Virus record (IMG/VR): IMGVR_UViG_3300042375_000684
From: a virus
DNA length: 64,000 nt
Direction: 5' to 3' (one strand)
How positions within the stretch are numbered: position 1 is the stretch's first letter; every line of letters begins with the position of its first letter. Made by a program: the position numbers and the translations under genes. Shown one piece after another: positions 18,896 through 27,942 of this stretch. Under the pieces are notes generated by a model. That model was not told the origin of the DNA. It made no database searches and was given only the letters and a program-made list of their open reading frames with translations.

Positions 18896-19852
18896 TCAAG
18901 CCGCTTCTGCCATATCAACTGCAAGTTTCAGGGCATTGACCTTACGCTTTGCGTTACCACCGAACCAAGCGGAAGTCAGACGAGTATCTGCGGACCGACC
19001 AAGTTCGTGGTCCGTCATATAAGTTACGGCATTGAACATATTCCAGAAGGTGCCGGGACGAAACTCTGCGCCGGGCTGGTTTTCAACAAGTGCCAGAGCT
19101 TCCTCTGCGGTCCGAGAAAGTTCCTTGTCGTCCTTAGTCGACCGACCGAACACCTCACCGAAGTAAGTTTCCAGATCGGACTTCATGTAGGTCTTGGAAC
19201 CAAGGAACTCTGCAGCATCCTTGAACTTTTCAACCTTGCGGTGAGACAAACCGAGAATTTCTTTGACACGTTCGGCATCAAACTGCGACCGGTGGTTGAC
19301 ACGAACCGATGGTTGGCCTTTTTCATTCAATGCAACAGCAATGGTGTTATTGCAGACCACCCGAGTCAAAACAAACTTCACGTCAATCGAGTTGCCGTAG
19401 AGGTGTGGGTTGGAGAACAACAGGTAACCTTTGACTTCATCACCACCAAAGAGAGTGAAACCATCACGGACATCAGCAAGAGCCCAGACAATTTTTCCGC
19501 CTTTCAGTGAACCGGCAGTATCCATTGCCATGTCACCTTTATGAACAAAATCAGTAAAGAAGTCAAAAGCATCTTTGTTTTGGACGGGGTTCCAACCCTT
19601 GCCGACTTGTGTCAGGATCTTTCCGTCAGAGTCACGAATAAGTGCCTGCATACCGGTTTTGACTTTCTTGTCATTAAACTCGAAGAAAGTGTCGACCTTG
19701 CTGACGGTCCAGTCCAGACCAGCAGCTTTCATCATTTCGTCGGGGGTCATGTCATCGCCGACGGCGACACCCAGTCCGTGCCAGGGGAGACCTGCGGACT
19801 TGCGGTATGCCATTTGAGCTTGACCGTTGATCATTTCGAGTTCGTGTGCCAT
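18896..19852 (-). CDS. DUF932/DUF945-family phage/plasmid protein
   Basis: PWHGLG, MDTAGSLKGGKIVWALA, RVVCNNT, FNAVT motifs. Confidence 0.85.
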   Translation of the reverse strand: MAHELEMINGQAQMAYRKSAGLPWHGLGVAVGDDMTPDEMMKAAGLDWTVSKVDTFFEFNDKKVKTGMQALIRDSDGKILTQVGKGWNPVQNKDAFDFFTDFVHKGDMAMDTAGSLKGGKIVWALADVRDGFTLFGGDEVKGYLLFSNPHLYGNSIDVKFVLTRVVCNNTIAVALNEKGQPSVRVNHRSQFDAERVKEILGLSHRKVEKFKDAAEFLGSKTYMKSDLETYFGEVFGRSTKDDKELSRTAEEALALVENQPGAEFRPGTFWNMFNAVTYMTDHELGRSADTRLTSAWFGGNAKRKVNALKLAVDMAEAA

Positions 19853-19880
19853 GGTATAGTTCCTTTCGGTGTGTGTCTGT

Positions 19881-19926
19881 ATCGGTTTATAGTTTGAATA
19901 TAAACCGATTCTCCTGATATGTCAAC
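19881..19926 (-). promoter_or_regulatory. Early promoter with an 11-bp perfect inverted repeat over the -10/start site
   Basis: TTGACA-17-TATATT; ATCGGTTTATA-gtttgaa-TATAAACCGAT (19881-19909). Confidence 0.75.
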
Positions 19927-19942
19927 CATTATTTTGAAAAGA

Positions 19943-20503
19943 TTAATTACCTAGTTTCATAGGTTCTTCAAGTCCAGTCTCGAATGCGCCGTCTGCCCGC
20001 GCAGTTGAAACAATTTTATATTCTGCAAGATCAATACGAGGATAACCAGCCACCCCTAACCAAGTCCCTTGCCAGAAACTACCTAGGGATGTCTCATATA
20101 CCCTTTTCTGGTCTGTGAGTTTGGTCTGTGCTGTCGTGAACTCGTTGCGTCCAGCTTCAATCATTCGCTGTAGTTGAACATATACAGTCGAGTCAATGGT
20201 TGGATTTTGTTCTTGAATCCACTGGAATACAGCCTGTGAACCATTTTCACCATATCGGCCCTCAAGAGCAGCGGTAACCACAGCAGATAGATCATCTCGC
20301 TGCATTGCAGGAACTTGAGCAGCTTCAGCGATCTTGTTGCCGTATTGCGCAAGAATATTTCTGTTATTCTCATACGTTGCTTTGATACTTTGTTCAAGAC
20401 GGTTACCAGTGTTATATGCACTAATGTAACTTCCGACACCAAGTGTAACTGCACCGCCGACGGTGACGGCAAGCACAACAGCGATAATAGTTCCAGTATT
20501 CAT
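19943..20503 (-). CDS. LemA-like membrane-anchored coiled-coil protein
   Basis: N-terminal TM helix, ISAYNTGNRLEQ, helical body. Confidence 0.55.
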   Translation of the reverse strand: MNTGTIIAVVLAVTVGGAVTLGVGSYISAYNTGNRLEQSIKATYENNRNILAQYGNKIAEAAQVPAMQRDDLSAVVTAALEGRYGENGSQAVFQWIQEQNPTIDSTVYVQLQRMIEAGRNEFTTAQTKLTDQKRVYETSLGSFWQGTWLGVAGYPRIDLAEYKIVSTARADGAFETGLEEPMKLGN

Positions 20504-20517
20504 TTTCAGTTTTCTCC

Positions 20518-21618
20518 TTAAAACCTGTTAGTTGGACGTGAGAAGTAATATGTAACCAATGGACTGATTACCAAGAGGATAATTGCAGCAATGATATACA
20601 GCCATGTTGGAGGTGGGATATCTTCTGCTAGATACTCGAAGTTGTCCATTGATTCTTCATCATAGTATTCCATTACTGAGAATTTGATAATATCATTGAT
20701 TCGAGTTTTGTCAATAGTTTTTAAGTTCATAACTTCATCACGGATTGTAATATTCACCAGATCATTTTTGCTCCAGCTACGAACATCAACCCATTTAATG
20801 TTTTCACCATCAGCACCAATTACAACAATCAAGTCATTAATATTATGTGCATCCCATGCTTGTGCTAGTCTTTCCGCCCAATCTGGATTTTGATTAGTAA
20901 CAGCAATAATTGCGTTTGCTCCAGTTTTCCGAATGTCAGAGTTCACCTTTGCAAGTTCTTCATTCCATTTGTTTACAAAATCTGCGCTTGCGGGAATACC
21001 GAAATAGATTACTCTCCGAGCGTTATAGTAATCATAGATATCAGGATATGCAATTGGTGGCACATCTTCATACTTCTGGTTAAAGAGAGTACTCGACGCA
21101 CCTTTAATGTAATTGGTATATGATACGGATTGTGTTACTGGATCACCTACTTTAATTGAAGAAAATCGGGGCGGTGCTGTAGCGCCCTGTCGATCAACTC
21201 TACTAATTTCGTGTTCGGAAATTTCAGTTTTTACAAAATATTTAATTTCCCACGGATAAATTGAACGATATTGTGTCTTGTACTTTGGTGCACAGGTCCG
21301 GATTTTATTCACAGTAGTACACGTTTGTCCATTTCGAACTGATCTAGTGGTTTCATTTGTGCAGAAACTATCGGAATAGTCGCTCCAATTCTGATTACAA
21401 GATTCTTTTCTTGCATTCAATTTTGTCACAACACCATTAACCAATTTTTCGTCGACTGTCTGATAGTGACTTGATGCCATGACAAGAATACTCAATACCC
21501 CTGCAGTAATAGCAGCTTGAATACCCATTTCAGACCATGAAAATTCATGTCGGAAAATAATCTTTCCAATAATAATCCAAGCAATTAAAGGGATGATAAA
21601 AAGAAATGTAATATACAT
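20518..21618 (-). CDS. Membrane protein with N- and C-terminal TM helices (TPM-like domain possible)
   Basis: Two N-terminal TM helices, Cys-rich loop, alpha/beta domain, C-terminal TM helix; coupled to the LemA-like gene. Confidence 0.6.
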   Translation of the reverse strand: MYITFLFIIPLIAWIIIGKIIFRHEFSWSEMGIQAAITAGVLSILVMASSHYQTVDEKLVNGVVTKLNARKESCNQNWSDYSDSFCTNETTRSVRNGQTCTTVNKIRTCAPKYKTQYRSIYPWEIKYFVKTEISEHEISRVDRQGATAPPRFSSIKVGDPVTQSVSYTNYIKGASSTLFNQKYEDVPPIAYPDIYDYYNARRVIYFGIPASADFVNKWNEELAKVNSDIRKTGANAIIAVTNQNPDWAERLAQAWDAHNINDLIVVIGADGENIKWVDVRSWSKNDLVNITIRDEVMNLKTIDKTRINDIIKFSVMEYYDEESMDNFEYLAEDIPPPTWLYIIAAIILLVISPLVTYYFSRPTNRF

Positions 21619-21917
21619 CAGTGAATGGCCTCCGAGATCATTGGTATAAGGTCAATTAGTTCATGAATATATTCTTTATAACCAGATTTAATTACATCCA
21701 CGATATTTACATATTTGGTGTTTGTTTCGATGCAAATCACACCATATGTTTTATCTTTTTTTGGAAAATATTTTTCGATATAGTATTCTGCATCTTCTTC
21801 AGAATCAAAACCAGGTGCTTTGATGATCGGAAAAACATTATGTTTAGCAAAGATAAAAATACCCTGGTAAACACCAAGAAATAGACCGAGTTCTTTTTCT
21901 ACTACAAGATATCTCAT
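21618..21917 (-). CDS. Hypothetical protein
   Basis: ORF track; overlaps neighbours. Confidence 0.65.
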   Translation of the reverse strand: MRYLVVEKELGLFLGVYQGIFIFAKHNVFPIIKAPGFDSEEDAEYYIEKYFPKKDKTYGVICIETNTKYVNIVDVIKSGYKEYIHELIDLIPMISEAIH

Positions 21918-22672
21918 GCGAGAAGTTTTACACCTCCCTGAGGCCCATCGTGAACTTCGCGGTTAAACCGAACAGATTCTGCAGCCTTTTTACCAGCTTC
22001 AAAGGCAGAACCTCTACGGAAGGTCACACCTCCGCCACCACCTTTTCCAAGATTAGCAGTCACATCATTCTTGAAGGAAGTTTCAACAAGTTGCTTTTTC
22101 AAAACAACAAGCGATTTCCCGTTTGACTCGTCAATGTTTACCTTTTTCATATCAATCAGTCGATCACGGAGACGAATTGACATGCCGAGCTGAAATGTCG
22201 TCCGAGCTTTTGCCCGAGCACCTGCCGGCACAGTCCTAGAAAACTTTTTCCATTCCAATTCAACTGCAGCATCACAGATCTTGTAGATATATTCCGCAAG
22301 TTCAACATCGACTGAGTAACCGTAGAACATGATGTTTGATGTATACTTAGGTTTGGTATTTTTCTTGCCCATCTTGAAACCGTCGAACCCCTTCGAGTTC
22401 CAGACTTTGGTATCGGTGTAGGCTGCAATAGCAGAAGCAACAAATTTGTCAACCACCGAAAGGTTCTTTGAACCTTCATTGACATGTCGTTTGGAAAAAT
22501 CACGAGCCGCTGCATTATTCTCTTTGATGTCTGCAAGTGTGACACCGTGTTCAGCCATAAGTTTGGATGCAATCGTCATTGCCGAAGCAGCTTCTGCTTC
22601 AGATGCACCGTTTGCCTCGGTCTTTTTCATGAGAGCAGAGATTTTGGCGCGAATCTTATCAACGTTAGACAT
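21914..22672 (-). CDS. DUF2786-domain protein
   Basis: DKIRAKISALMKKTEANGASEAEAASAMTIASKLMAEHG. Confidence 0.75.
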   Translation of the reverse strand: MSNVDKIRAKISALMKKTEANGASEAEAASAMTIASKLMAEHGVTLADIKENNAAARDFSKRHVNEGSKNLSVVDKFVASAIAAYTDTKVWNSKGFDGFKMGKKNTKPKYTSNIMFYGYSVDVELAEYIYKICDAAVELEWKKFSRTVPAGARAKARTTFQLGMSIRLRDRLIDMKKVNIDESNGKSLVVLKKQLVETSFKNDVTANLGKGGGGGVTFRRGSAFEAGKKAAESVRFNREVHDGPQGGVKLLA

Positions 22673-22700
22673 GTCAGTTCCTTTCATACCTTATATTTTG

Positions 22701-22730
22701 AGTATAAACTGATTCTATTGTCGTGTCAAC
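22701..22730 (-). promoter_or_regulatory. Early promoter (class B, AGAATCAG in spacer)
   Basis: TTGACA-17-TATACT. Confidence 0.8.
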
Positions 22731-23121
22731 TAGAAAAAAGTGAAAGTACACCAAGAATTACAAATATCCAAAAAAACCACACCCACATTGGAGTTTTTCC
22801 ATGGACATTTGGAATTACAGTATTTGTCACTTTTGTAACTACAGTTAAATTTGGATTCACTGTACTTTGTATACTATAACAGTTTTTACATGACCAAACT
22901 GTCTTTTTTCTGCTATATGTTCTTTGTCCGCTATTAAAACCTGCTCTATTTATTGCTCGTTGCGATGCTTTATCACCAAGTCCAGAACCTAAATATGTCC
23001 AGCCAGATACTGTTGCCTGGCTTTTACCTGTTTCTTCGTAGATTTCTTCTTTATTCATTAGTGGTTGTGCTCTCTTAGCGCCACACTTATGACAAGTTTT
23101 ATTTGCATATTTTACTGTCAT
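22726..23121 (-). CDS. Hypothetical Zn-ribbon protein with C-terminal TM helix
   Basis: CHKC...CKNC; hydrophobic tail. Confidence 0.6.
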   Translation of the reverse strand: MTVKYANKTCHKCGAKRAQPLMNKEEIYEETGKSQATVSGWTYLGSGLGDKASQRAINRAGFNSGQRTYSRKKTVWSCKNCYSIQSTVNPNLTVVTKVTNTVIPNVHGKTPMWVWFFWIFVILGVLSLFSS

Positions 23122-23690
23122 TATACAGCTTCCTTTACTTTGAACCAATCGGGAATTGGCCGCTTGGTCCAAGCCATTCGGAACCGTTCTTGTTTCGTTT
23201 GATAGAATGCACGATAAGAACCAACAACATCATTTGGATTCATACATTCTGGATTTGATTTCATTGCAAGCGGTTTGTTTGTAAGATATCCAACGGGAAT
23301 ATTCCGAGGAAGTTGCTTCAATCTATCACGGAGAAGTTTATCGGTGGAATGAATTTTACCATACCTATAAGTATATTCATCACAGAGAGCAGTAAAATGA
23401 ATCCAATGCCATGTGTAATTATTATTGGACTTCATGGTCCACACCGTGCAGGGATGATAAATATGCACAGCTTTGTAAAGAACTTGTTCCATATCTGAAT
23501 CAGGATGGATCCATTTCTTTGAAATACGTTTTCCAGAATTTGAAGGCCCAGTAGTTGCAGTACCATCCAGCATTCTATGTGCGGTGGAAAGCATTTGTGC
23601 GCTTTCCACTACCATTTTGCCACCAGCATGCTTGTTACAAAGCAGCTGAGCAGCTTTTACAGGATCTTTATCCAACACAAAGATATTCAT
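23121..23690 (-). CDS. Pyrimidine-dimer DNA glycosylase (DenV-superfamily)-like protein
   Basis: MNIFVLD..P..AAQ...KH..KMVVESAQMLSTAH; HPCTVW. Confidence 0.75.
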   Translation of the reverse strand: MNIFVLDKDPVKAAQLLCNKHAGGKMVVESAQMLSTAHRMLDGTATTGPSNSGKRISKKWIHPDSDMEQVLYKAVHIYHPCTVWTMKSNNNYTWHWIHFTALCDEYTYRYGKIHSTDKLLRDRLKQLPRNIPVGYLTNKPLAMKSNPECMNPNDVVGSYRAFYQTKQERFRMAWTKRPIPDWFKVKEAV

Positions 23691-23845
23691 TTCTTCAGTT
23701 TTCCCAGCAGTTCCAATTCATATTCTTTGGCAAGTTGACTGGCAAGAAAAAGAAGTTCTCCGGAGACTTCGTGAATTGAAAGTTCCTCGTGAAAAATTTT
23801 ATGAACGATTTTTTTTAATTCTTCTGAAATTGTATACTTATCCAT
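23687..23845 (-). CDS. Small hypothetical protein (52 aa)
   Basis: Hand-translated; ATGA overlap with the downstream gene. Confidence 0.5.
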   Translation of the reverse strand: MDKYTISEELKKIVHKIFHEELSIHEVSGELLFLASQLAKEYELELLGKLKK

Positions 23846-23847
23846 GG

Positions 23848-24255
23848 TCAGTCCATCCGCGAGCCAGAGTAAGATTTCAGTCCGTTTGCACGGAGAACCT
23901 CTGCAAATGCACGAGCATAGGTTTCTTTTTTCTGCATGGACTGATTGAACTCCGAGATCCAGAGTTGATAACTTTTCTCGTAATCATTTTTACGGAAACC
24001 GAAGCGTTCGAGGATCTTACGCTCCTCTTTACCGGCACGAGTGTTACCTTTATTGACAGGATACACGTCAACCCAAGCAAATCCACAAACCCCGTCAGCA
24101 ACATAATGCATCGGTTTGGTGCGGTCAATCACATTCGAGAACAGAGAGGTCTCTTGACCGACAATCATCGGGACAACATTGAGTTTTTCAACGGCCGCCA
24201 TACCTGCGGCATTTGCTTTTTTGCAGATCAGTTCGAAAGTTTCGAGGTCAAGCAT
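23848..24255 (-). CDS. Conserved hypothetical protein (CGFAWV family)
   Basis: GVCGFAWV...QSMQKKETYARAFAEVL; first gene after a promoter cassette. Confidence 0.75.
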   Translation of the reverse strand: MLDLETFELICKKANAAGMAAVEKLNVVPMIVGQETSLFSNVIDRTKPMHYVADGVCGFAWVDVYPVNKGNTRAGKEERKILERFGFRKNDYEKSYQLWISEFNQSMQKKETYARAFAEVLRANGLKSYSGSRMD

Positions 24256-24267
24256 GATAGTTCCTTT

Positions 24268-24313
24268 GTTACCTTATAGAATCAGTATAAACTAGTTGAA
24301 AACATTTGTCAAC
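24268..24313 (-). promoter_or_regulatory. Repeated early promoter cassette (class A)
   Basis: TTGACA-17-TATACT-GATTCTATAAGGTAAC. Confidence 0.9.
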
Positions 24314-24560
24314 CAAGAGATACGCGCCGCTTATAAGTTTTCCGTTGATGTTTAGGAGAACTTACATTAGCTTGAGCATTTTGGATTGCATGACGGATGA
24401 TCCGAATTTCAAGATCACTCAATTTATATTCTCTCTTCGCTACTTCGAGCCGAACTGCAAGCGCAGATGCTGCATTTGCAATTATGTCATTTGCATCTTT
24501 CTCTGCAATATTATAAAGAGGAATGAGAATTTTACGAGCTTGGATATCATTGATGCGCAT
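24309..24560 (-). CDS. Hypothetical protein
   Basis: ORF between two cassettes, with SD. Confidence 0.7.
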   Translation of the reverse strand: MRINDIQARKILIPLYNIAEKDANDIIANAASALAVRLEVAKREYKLSDLEIRIIRHAIQNAQANVSSPKHQRKTYKRRVSLG

Positions 24561-24580
24561 CAGGTGTCCTTTCAGGTTAA

Positions 24581-24622
24581 CCTTATAGAATCAGTATAAA
24601 CCATTTGAAAGCAAATGTCAAC
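24581..24622 (-). promoter_or_regulatory. Repeated early promoter cassette (class A)
   Basis: Same ~45-bp repeat. Confidence 0.9.
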
Positions 24623-24624
24623 AA

Positions 24625-24936
24625 TTATGTGTGTTCTACAAACTTAATTCCAGCAGCCTCGATTGCACTTCGGCAAACAGGGCAAGGTTTTGCATTCTTC
24701 TCCTCGCCTTCTTTATCAAACCGCATCACGACAATCTTATGTGCACTATCCAGCTTTCTGCAGAGTGCAATTGCGTGAATTTCGGCATGTAGAAATTGCT
24801 TGTCAGGAAGACCGACTTTGCATGCATGATGATTTTGGAGCGGGTGAGTTTTCACATAACTGTTCTTTCCAATCGAAAGAACTTTACCACGTTTATCATA
24901 GATAATGGCAGTAATATCGAATCGGGCTTTAGTCAT
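24625..24936 (-). CDS. Zn-dependent cytidine/dCMP deaminase-fold protein
   Basis: HAEIHAI and PCPVC motifs. Confidence 0.8.
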   Translation of the reverse strand: MTKARFDITAIIYDKRGKVLSIGKNSYVKTHPLQNHHACKVGLPDKQFLHAEIHAIALCRKLDSAHKIVVMRFDKEGEEKNAKPCPVCRSAIEAAGIKFVEHT

Positions 24937-25204
24937 TGATCAGCAGGGCCTTCAGTTGCTTCAGGCCAGGAGTAACACAGTCAAAGCGGAGACCGGCGAC
25001 TTCTTCAGCACAACGGTCAAACCCAACAAAAGCAAAAACAGCAGGTTTGCCGGTTTTCTGAGAAATGACAGTAAAACCGTAATCGGCTGCATCGTCATAA
25101 ACACGCTCTAGTTTGGGATCACCAAGACATGAAAGTTCAGCAACAAACACGTTATTCTTGAACGAAAACTTCGAGGACGAGATCGGAGTGGGGTTCAGTA
25201 GCAT
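24929..25204 (-). CDS. Hypothetical protein
   Basis: ORF after cassette, with SD. Confidence 0.7.
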   Translation of the reverse strand: MLLNPTPISSSKFSFKNNVFVAELSCLGDPKLERVYDDAADYGFTVISQKTGKPAVFAFVGFDRCAEEVAGLRFDCVTPGLKQLKALLIND

Positions 25205-25216
25205 TGTATTTCCTTT

Positions 25217-25262
25217 GTTACCTTATAGAATCAGTATAAACTATTCACAGGTTACTGTCAAC
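25217..25262 (-). promoter_or_regulatory. Repeated early promoter cassette (class A)
   Basis: Same repeat. Confidence 0.9.
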
Positions 25263-25641
25263 ACACAAGTTCGTCAAAGGTTTCCTTCATGTCGTAAGGT
25301 AGACCCAGTTCAAAGCAAATATATGAACCACCATACCACTTGTCATTTTCAGAAAGGTCCATGGATTCGACAAGCCAACGGATCGCAGTCTCACGACTCG
25401 AAGCTCCCATATTCATAAGGAGTTCGATCCGACCTTCGAACCGCTTGACTGCGGCTGCCTGTTCACTCCGCTCACGTGCGGCTTCCCACTCAAGTTCAAC
25501 GAGCAGAGAATCCCATGTAGACTGCTTATCTGCATCGGAAGATGCAGTCCACATTTCCCACCACACAGAATAAGGGCGATAACCGCGAGCATCTTTGTGG
25601 AGATCAGAGACAATGGATTCGTCGAAGGTATATACAGTCAT
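25258..25641 (-). CDS. Conserved phage hypothetical protein
   Basis: SDLHKDARGYRP motif; flanked by cassettes. Confidence 0.75.
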   Translation of the reverse strand: MTVYTFDESIVSDLHKDARGYRPYSVWWEMWTASSDADKQSTWDSLLVELEWEAARERSEQAAAVKRFEGRIELLMNMGASSRETAIRWLVESMDLSENDKWYGGSYICFELGLPYDMKETFDELVC

Positions 25642-25654
25642 GATCGGTTCCTTT

Positions 25655-25700
25655 GTTACCGTATAGAATCAGTATAAACTATTTGAAAACATTTGTCAAC
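25655..25700 (-). promoter_or_regulatory. Repeated early promoter cassette (class A)
   Basis: Same repeat. Confidence 0.9.
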
Positions 25701-26142
25701 CGTTAAGTTTTGCTTTAATTTCAAGGAAGAACGTGTGGTACTTTGTCATTCGTTCAATGTCCTTAGGTGTCACACCCTTGAGTCGGCGGATATCAGTATT
25801 ATGAGTCAAGTCTGCCATCTTGACAATCATTGCATCTTTGCTCGAGAATACACCTTCTTTGTATTCTTCGTAGGATTGACCACGTTGTTTGGTGAGCAGT
25901 CGGACCGCATCAATGATTCGATCATTCATACCTGCTTCACGCAATTCAATGTATGTGATCCTTGTATCTTCCACAACGTCGTGAAGAAGTGCAACACACT
26001 GAAGTTCTTCTTCAGCACTTTCAAGGAGACCCATTACAGCGAACGGGTGTAGAATGTAAGGATTACCACCTTTGTCGAATTGCCCGTGATGGGCATTTGT
26101 TGCAATGTGGATGGCGGCGGAGAGCATTTCACCACGTTTCAT
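25696..26142 (-). CDS. HD-domain (p)ppGpp hydrolase-like protein (RelA/SpoT HD, Mesh1-like)
   Basis: AHHGQFDKGGNPYILHP, ALLHDVVEDT, VKMADLTHN. Confidence 0.82.
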   Translation of the reverse strand: MKRGEMLSAAIHIATNAHHGQFDKGGNPYILHPFAVMGLLESAEEELQCVALLHDVVEDTRITYIELREAGMNDRIIDAVRLLTKQRGQSYEEYKEGVFSSKDAMIVKMADLTHNTDIRRLKGVTPKDIERMTKYHTFFLEIKAKLNG

Positions 26143-26162
26143 GATTTAGCCTTTCAGTTGAA

Positions 26163-26208
26163 GTTACCTTATAGAATCAGTATAAACTATACAAAGGATA
26201 ATGTCAAC
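26163..26208 (-). promoter_or_regulatory. Repeated early promoter cassette (class A)
   Basis: Same repeat. Confidence 0.9.
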
Positions 26209-26210
26209 CA

Positions 26211-26414
26211 TTACCACCTCTTTGTGATAACATTGTCACCACAATTTCCACAAGTAAAGCCCTCTGCACCGTCTGGACCATCTGGCCCGCCACCATAGTC
26301 CGTCCCAGACCAAAGTGTTCGGACTTCATTCGGTGTATATTCATTGATAGCACTGCATTTCTGGCATGTTGCTTGTTTTAGTACCTTGGGATTAAATCCA
26401 ACTACTTTTGCCAT
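26211..26414 (-). CDS. Small Zn-finger protein
   Basis: CQKC...CGNC. Confidence 0.65.
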   Translation of the reverse strand: MAKVVGFNPKVLKQATCQKCSAINEYTPNEVRTLWSGTDYGGGPDGPDGAEGFTCGNCGDNVITKRW

Positions 26415-26425
26415 TATTTTATCCT

Positions 26426-26812
26426 TTATGCCATAATATTATCAAGGTTCATTTCAACTTCCTCAAAGCGAGGCCGAGATTGCCGACCTGCAGCATAGAA
26501 CCAAACTGCACCATCAAAAAGATAGAGATAATCAGCTCCAGCGTGATTATAACCACACTTCATGTAGACCTTTACCGAAGCATAAACAACAGGTTTTTCA
26601 TTTTTGTGAACGGAAGATTCAATCGAGGCATTGAGATTTTCATTCAGCGCGGACAAGTAACCTGATTCGGCAACTGCACGAGCCCGATTGGGACTGTTAT
26701 AATTGTCAACGAGTGTGCGCCCGTTACCTTCAAGATAGCCATCATAGTGGCAATATGTTGCGGTCACCGAGCCGTCTTCATTCACAATACCGATCATCGA
26801 GGGAGTACCCAT
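26426..26812 (-). CDS. Conserved hypothetical protein (YCHYDGY family)
   Basis: SMIGIVNEDGSVTATYCHYDGY. Confidence 0.75.
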   Translation of the reverse strand: MGTPSMIGIVNEDGSVTATYCHYDGYLEGNGRTLVDNYNSPNRARAVAESGYLSALNENLNASIESSVHKNEKPVVYASVKVYMKCGYNHAGADYLYLFDGAVWFYAAGRQSRPRFEEVEMNLDNIMA

Positions 26813-26829
26813 AGTATAGTTCCTTTCAA

Positions 26830-26875
26830 GTTACCTTATAGAATCAGTATAAACTATTTGAAAGCAGTTGTCAAC
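26830..26875 (-). promoter_or_regulatory. Repeated early promoter cassette (class A)
   Basis: Same repeat. Confidence 0.9.
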
Positions 26876-26877
26876 CA

Positions 26878-27048
26878 TTAATCGAAGAAGTTACCTTCAA
26901 TCCACTTAAATTCTTTATGAGTGCAGTGCATCCAAGCACCTGGATGGTTCACTTCCAAATTACGATTGGCCTCGGCCATCGCTTTGAGATGAGTTTCTGC
27001 TTCAGTGACGAATTTCTGGTTGCCGGCGTAGAATATAAAAGTTGTCAT
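26878..27048 (-). CDS. Small hypothetical protein (56 aa)
   Basis: Hand-translated MTTFIFYAGNQKFVTEAETH...; has SD. Confidence 0.55.
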   Translation of the reverse strand: MTTFIFYAGNQKFVTEAETHLKAMAEANRNLEVNHPGAWMHCTHKEFKWIEGNFFD

Positions 27049-27060
27049 CGTGTTTTCCTA

Positions 27061-27255
27061 TTACCAGTGATGTTGAGCAGCAGCGCCGAGTTGAATTTCA
27101 CGAATCTCAAACGACTCAGAACCGCGCAACTCGGGGTAGTGAGCGGTCTCGAACACTTCTGAAGCGGCAGTCGCAGCATCGGCGGACGAATAGACTCCGA
27201 GGATCATCTCGCCTTCGTAGGCAGTTGAGAGCATAAGTGCATATACAGTCGTCAT
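27061..27255 (-). CDS. Small hypothetical protein
   Basis: First ORF after cassette. Confidence 0.65.
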   Translation of the reverse strand: MTTVYALMLSTAYEGEMILGVYSSADAATAASEVFETAHYPELRGSESFEIREIQLGAAAQHHW

Positions 27256-27271
27256 ATCGTGTTCTCTTTCA

Positions 27272-27317
27272 GTTACCTTATAGAATCAGTATAAACTATT
27301 TGAAAGCATTTGTCAAC
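27272..27317 (-). promoter_or_regulatory. Repeated early promoter cassette (class A)
   Basis: Same repeat. Confidence 0.9.
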
Positions 27318-27522
27318 CACAAAGTTTAGCTTCAACTTCTTTAATATGCTTACAACGTTTGAAAGACACGCAATCACAAGTAAAACCATGCGATCCCATG
27401 ATTACCTTGTATGTCTTGTCACCCTTTGACGAAAGGATATTCCAGCACATTCCGATAGCAAAGTGACATTTGGTGGCAATTTCAGTTGACGGCCAAGACT
27501 TCGGACCAGTTTTATATGCCAT
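27313..27522 (-). CDS. SWIM zinc-finger protein
   Basis: FTCDCVSFKRCKHI. Confidence 0.7.
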   Translation of the reverse strand: MAYKTGPKSWPSTEIATKCHFAIGMCWNILSSKGDKTYKVIMGSHGFTCDCVSFKRCKHIKEVEAKLCG

Positions 27523-27542
27523 AGTAAAACCTCAGTTAACTA

Positions 27543-27896
27543 TCAGATACCAAGAACTTCTCGTTCTTCAACTGTTAGTTTTGAAATAGCTGATGCTTTG
27601 AGTTCTGCTTTGCGGTGTAGTGCAGCTTCTAGCTTTAGTCGAGTTTCATCTGCAGCTTTATGCTTTTTCCACCATGTTTCGACCTTTTTTCGTGTAACTC
27701 CAGCTTCTTTCCAATCGACATTAGAAAGCCAGAGTGGCAACATGTCACTGATTTGGTCTTTACCTTCAAGTGCGGTGAATAGACCGCACAGAACTGCTTC
27801 AAAATCAGAAAGTTCCATTCCATGACGATTTTCACGAGGAGTGGTAAGATTACGAGTACGAGTATCAGTCGGACCCCAGCCGTCTCTGCAAGGCAT
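27543..27896 (-). CDS. Hypothetical protein
   Basis: ORF with SD after a partial cassette. Confidence 0.7.
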   Translation of the reverse strand: MPCRDGWGPTDTRTRNLTTPRENRHGMELSDFEAVLCGLFTALEGKDQISDMLPLWLSNVDWKEAGVTRKKVETWWKKHKAADETRLKLEAALHRKAELKASAISKLTVEEREVLGI

Positions 27897-27914
27897 TTGA
27901 TTTCTCCTTTATTG

Positions 27915-27940
27915 GTTACCTTATAGAATCAGTATAAATT
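27915..27940 (-). repeat. Truncated promoter cassette (-10 and downstream part kept, -35 missing)
   Basis: TATACTGATTCTATAAGGTAAC is present; the expected -35 position reads TCATGT, inside the upstream gene. Confidence 0.8.
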
Positions 27941-27942
27941 AT

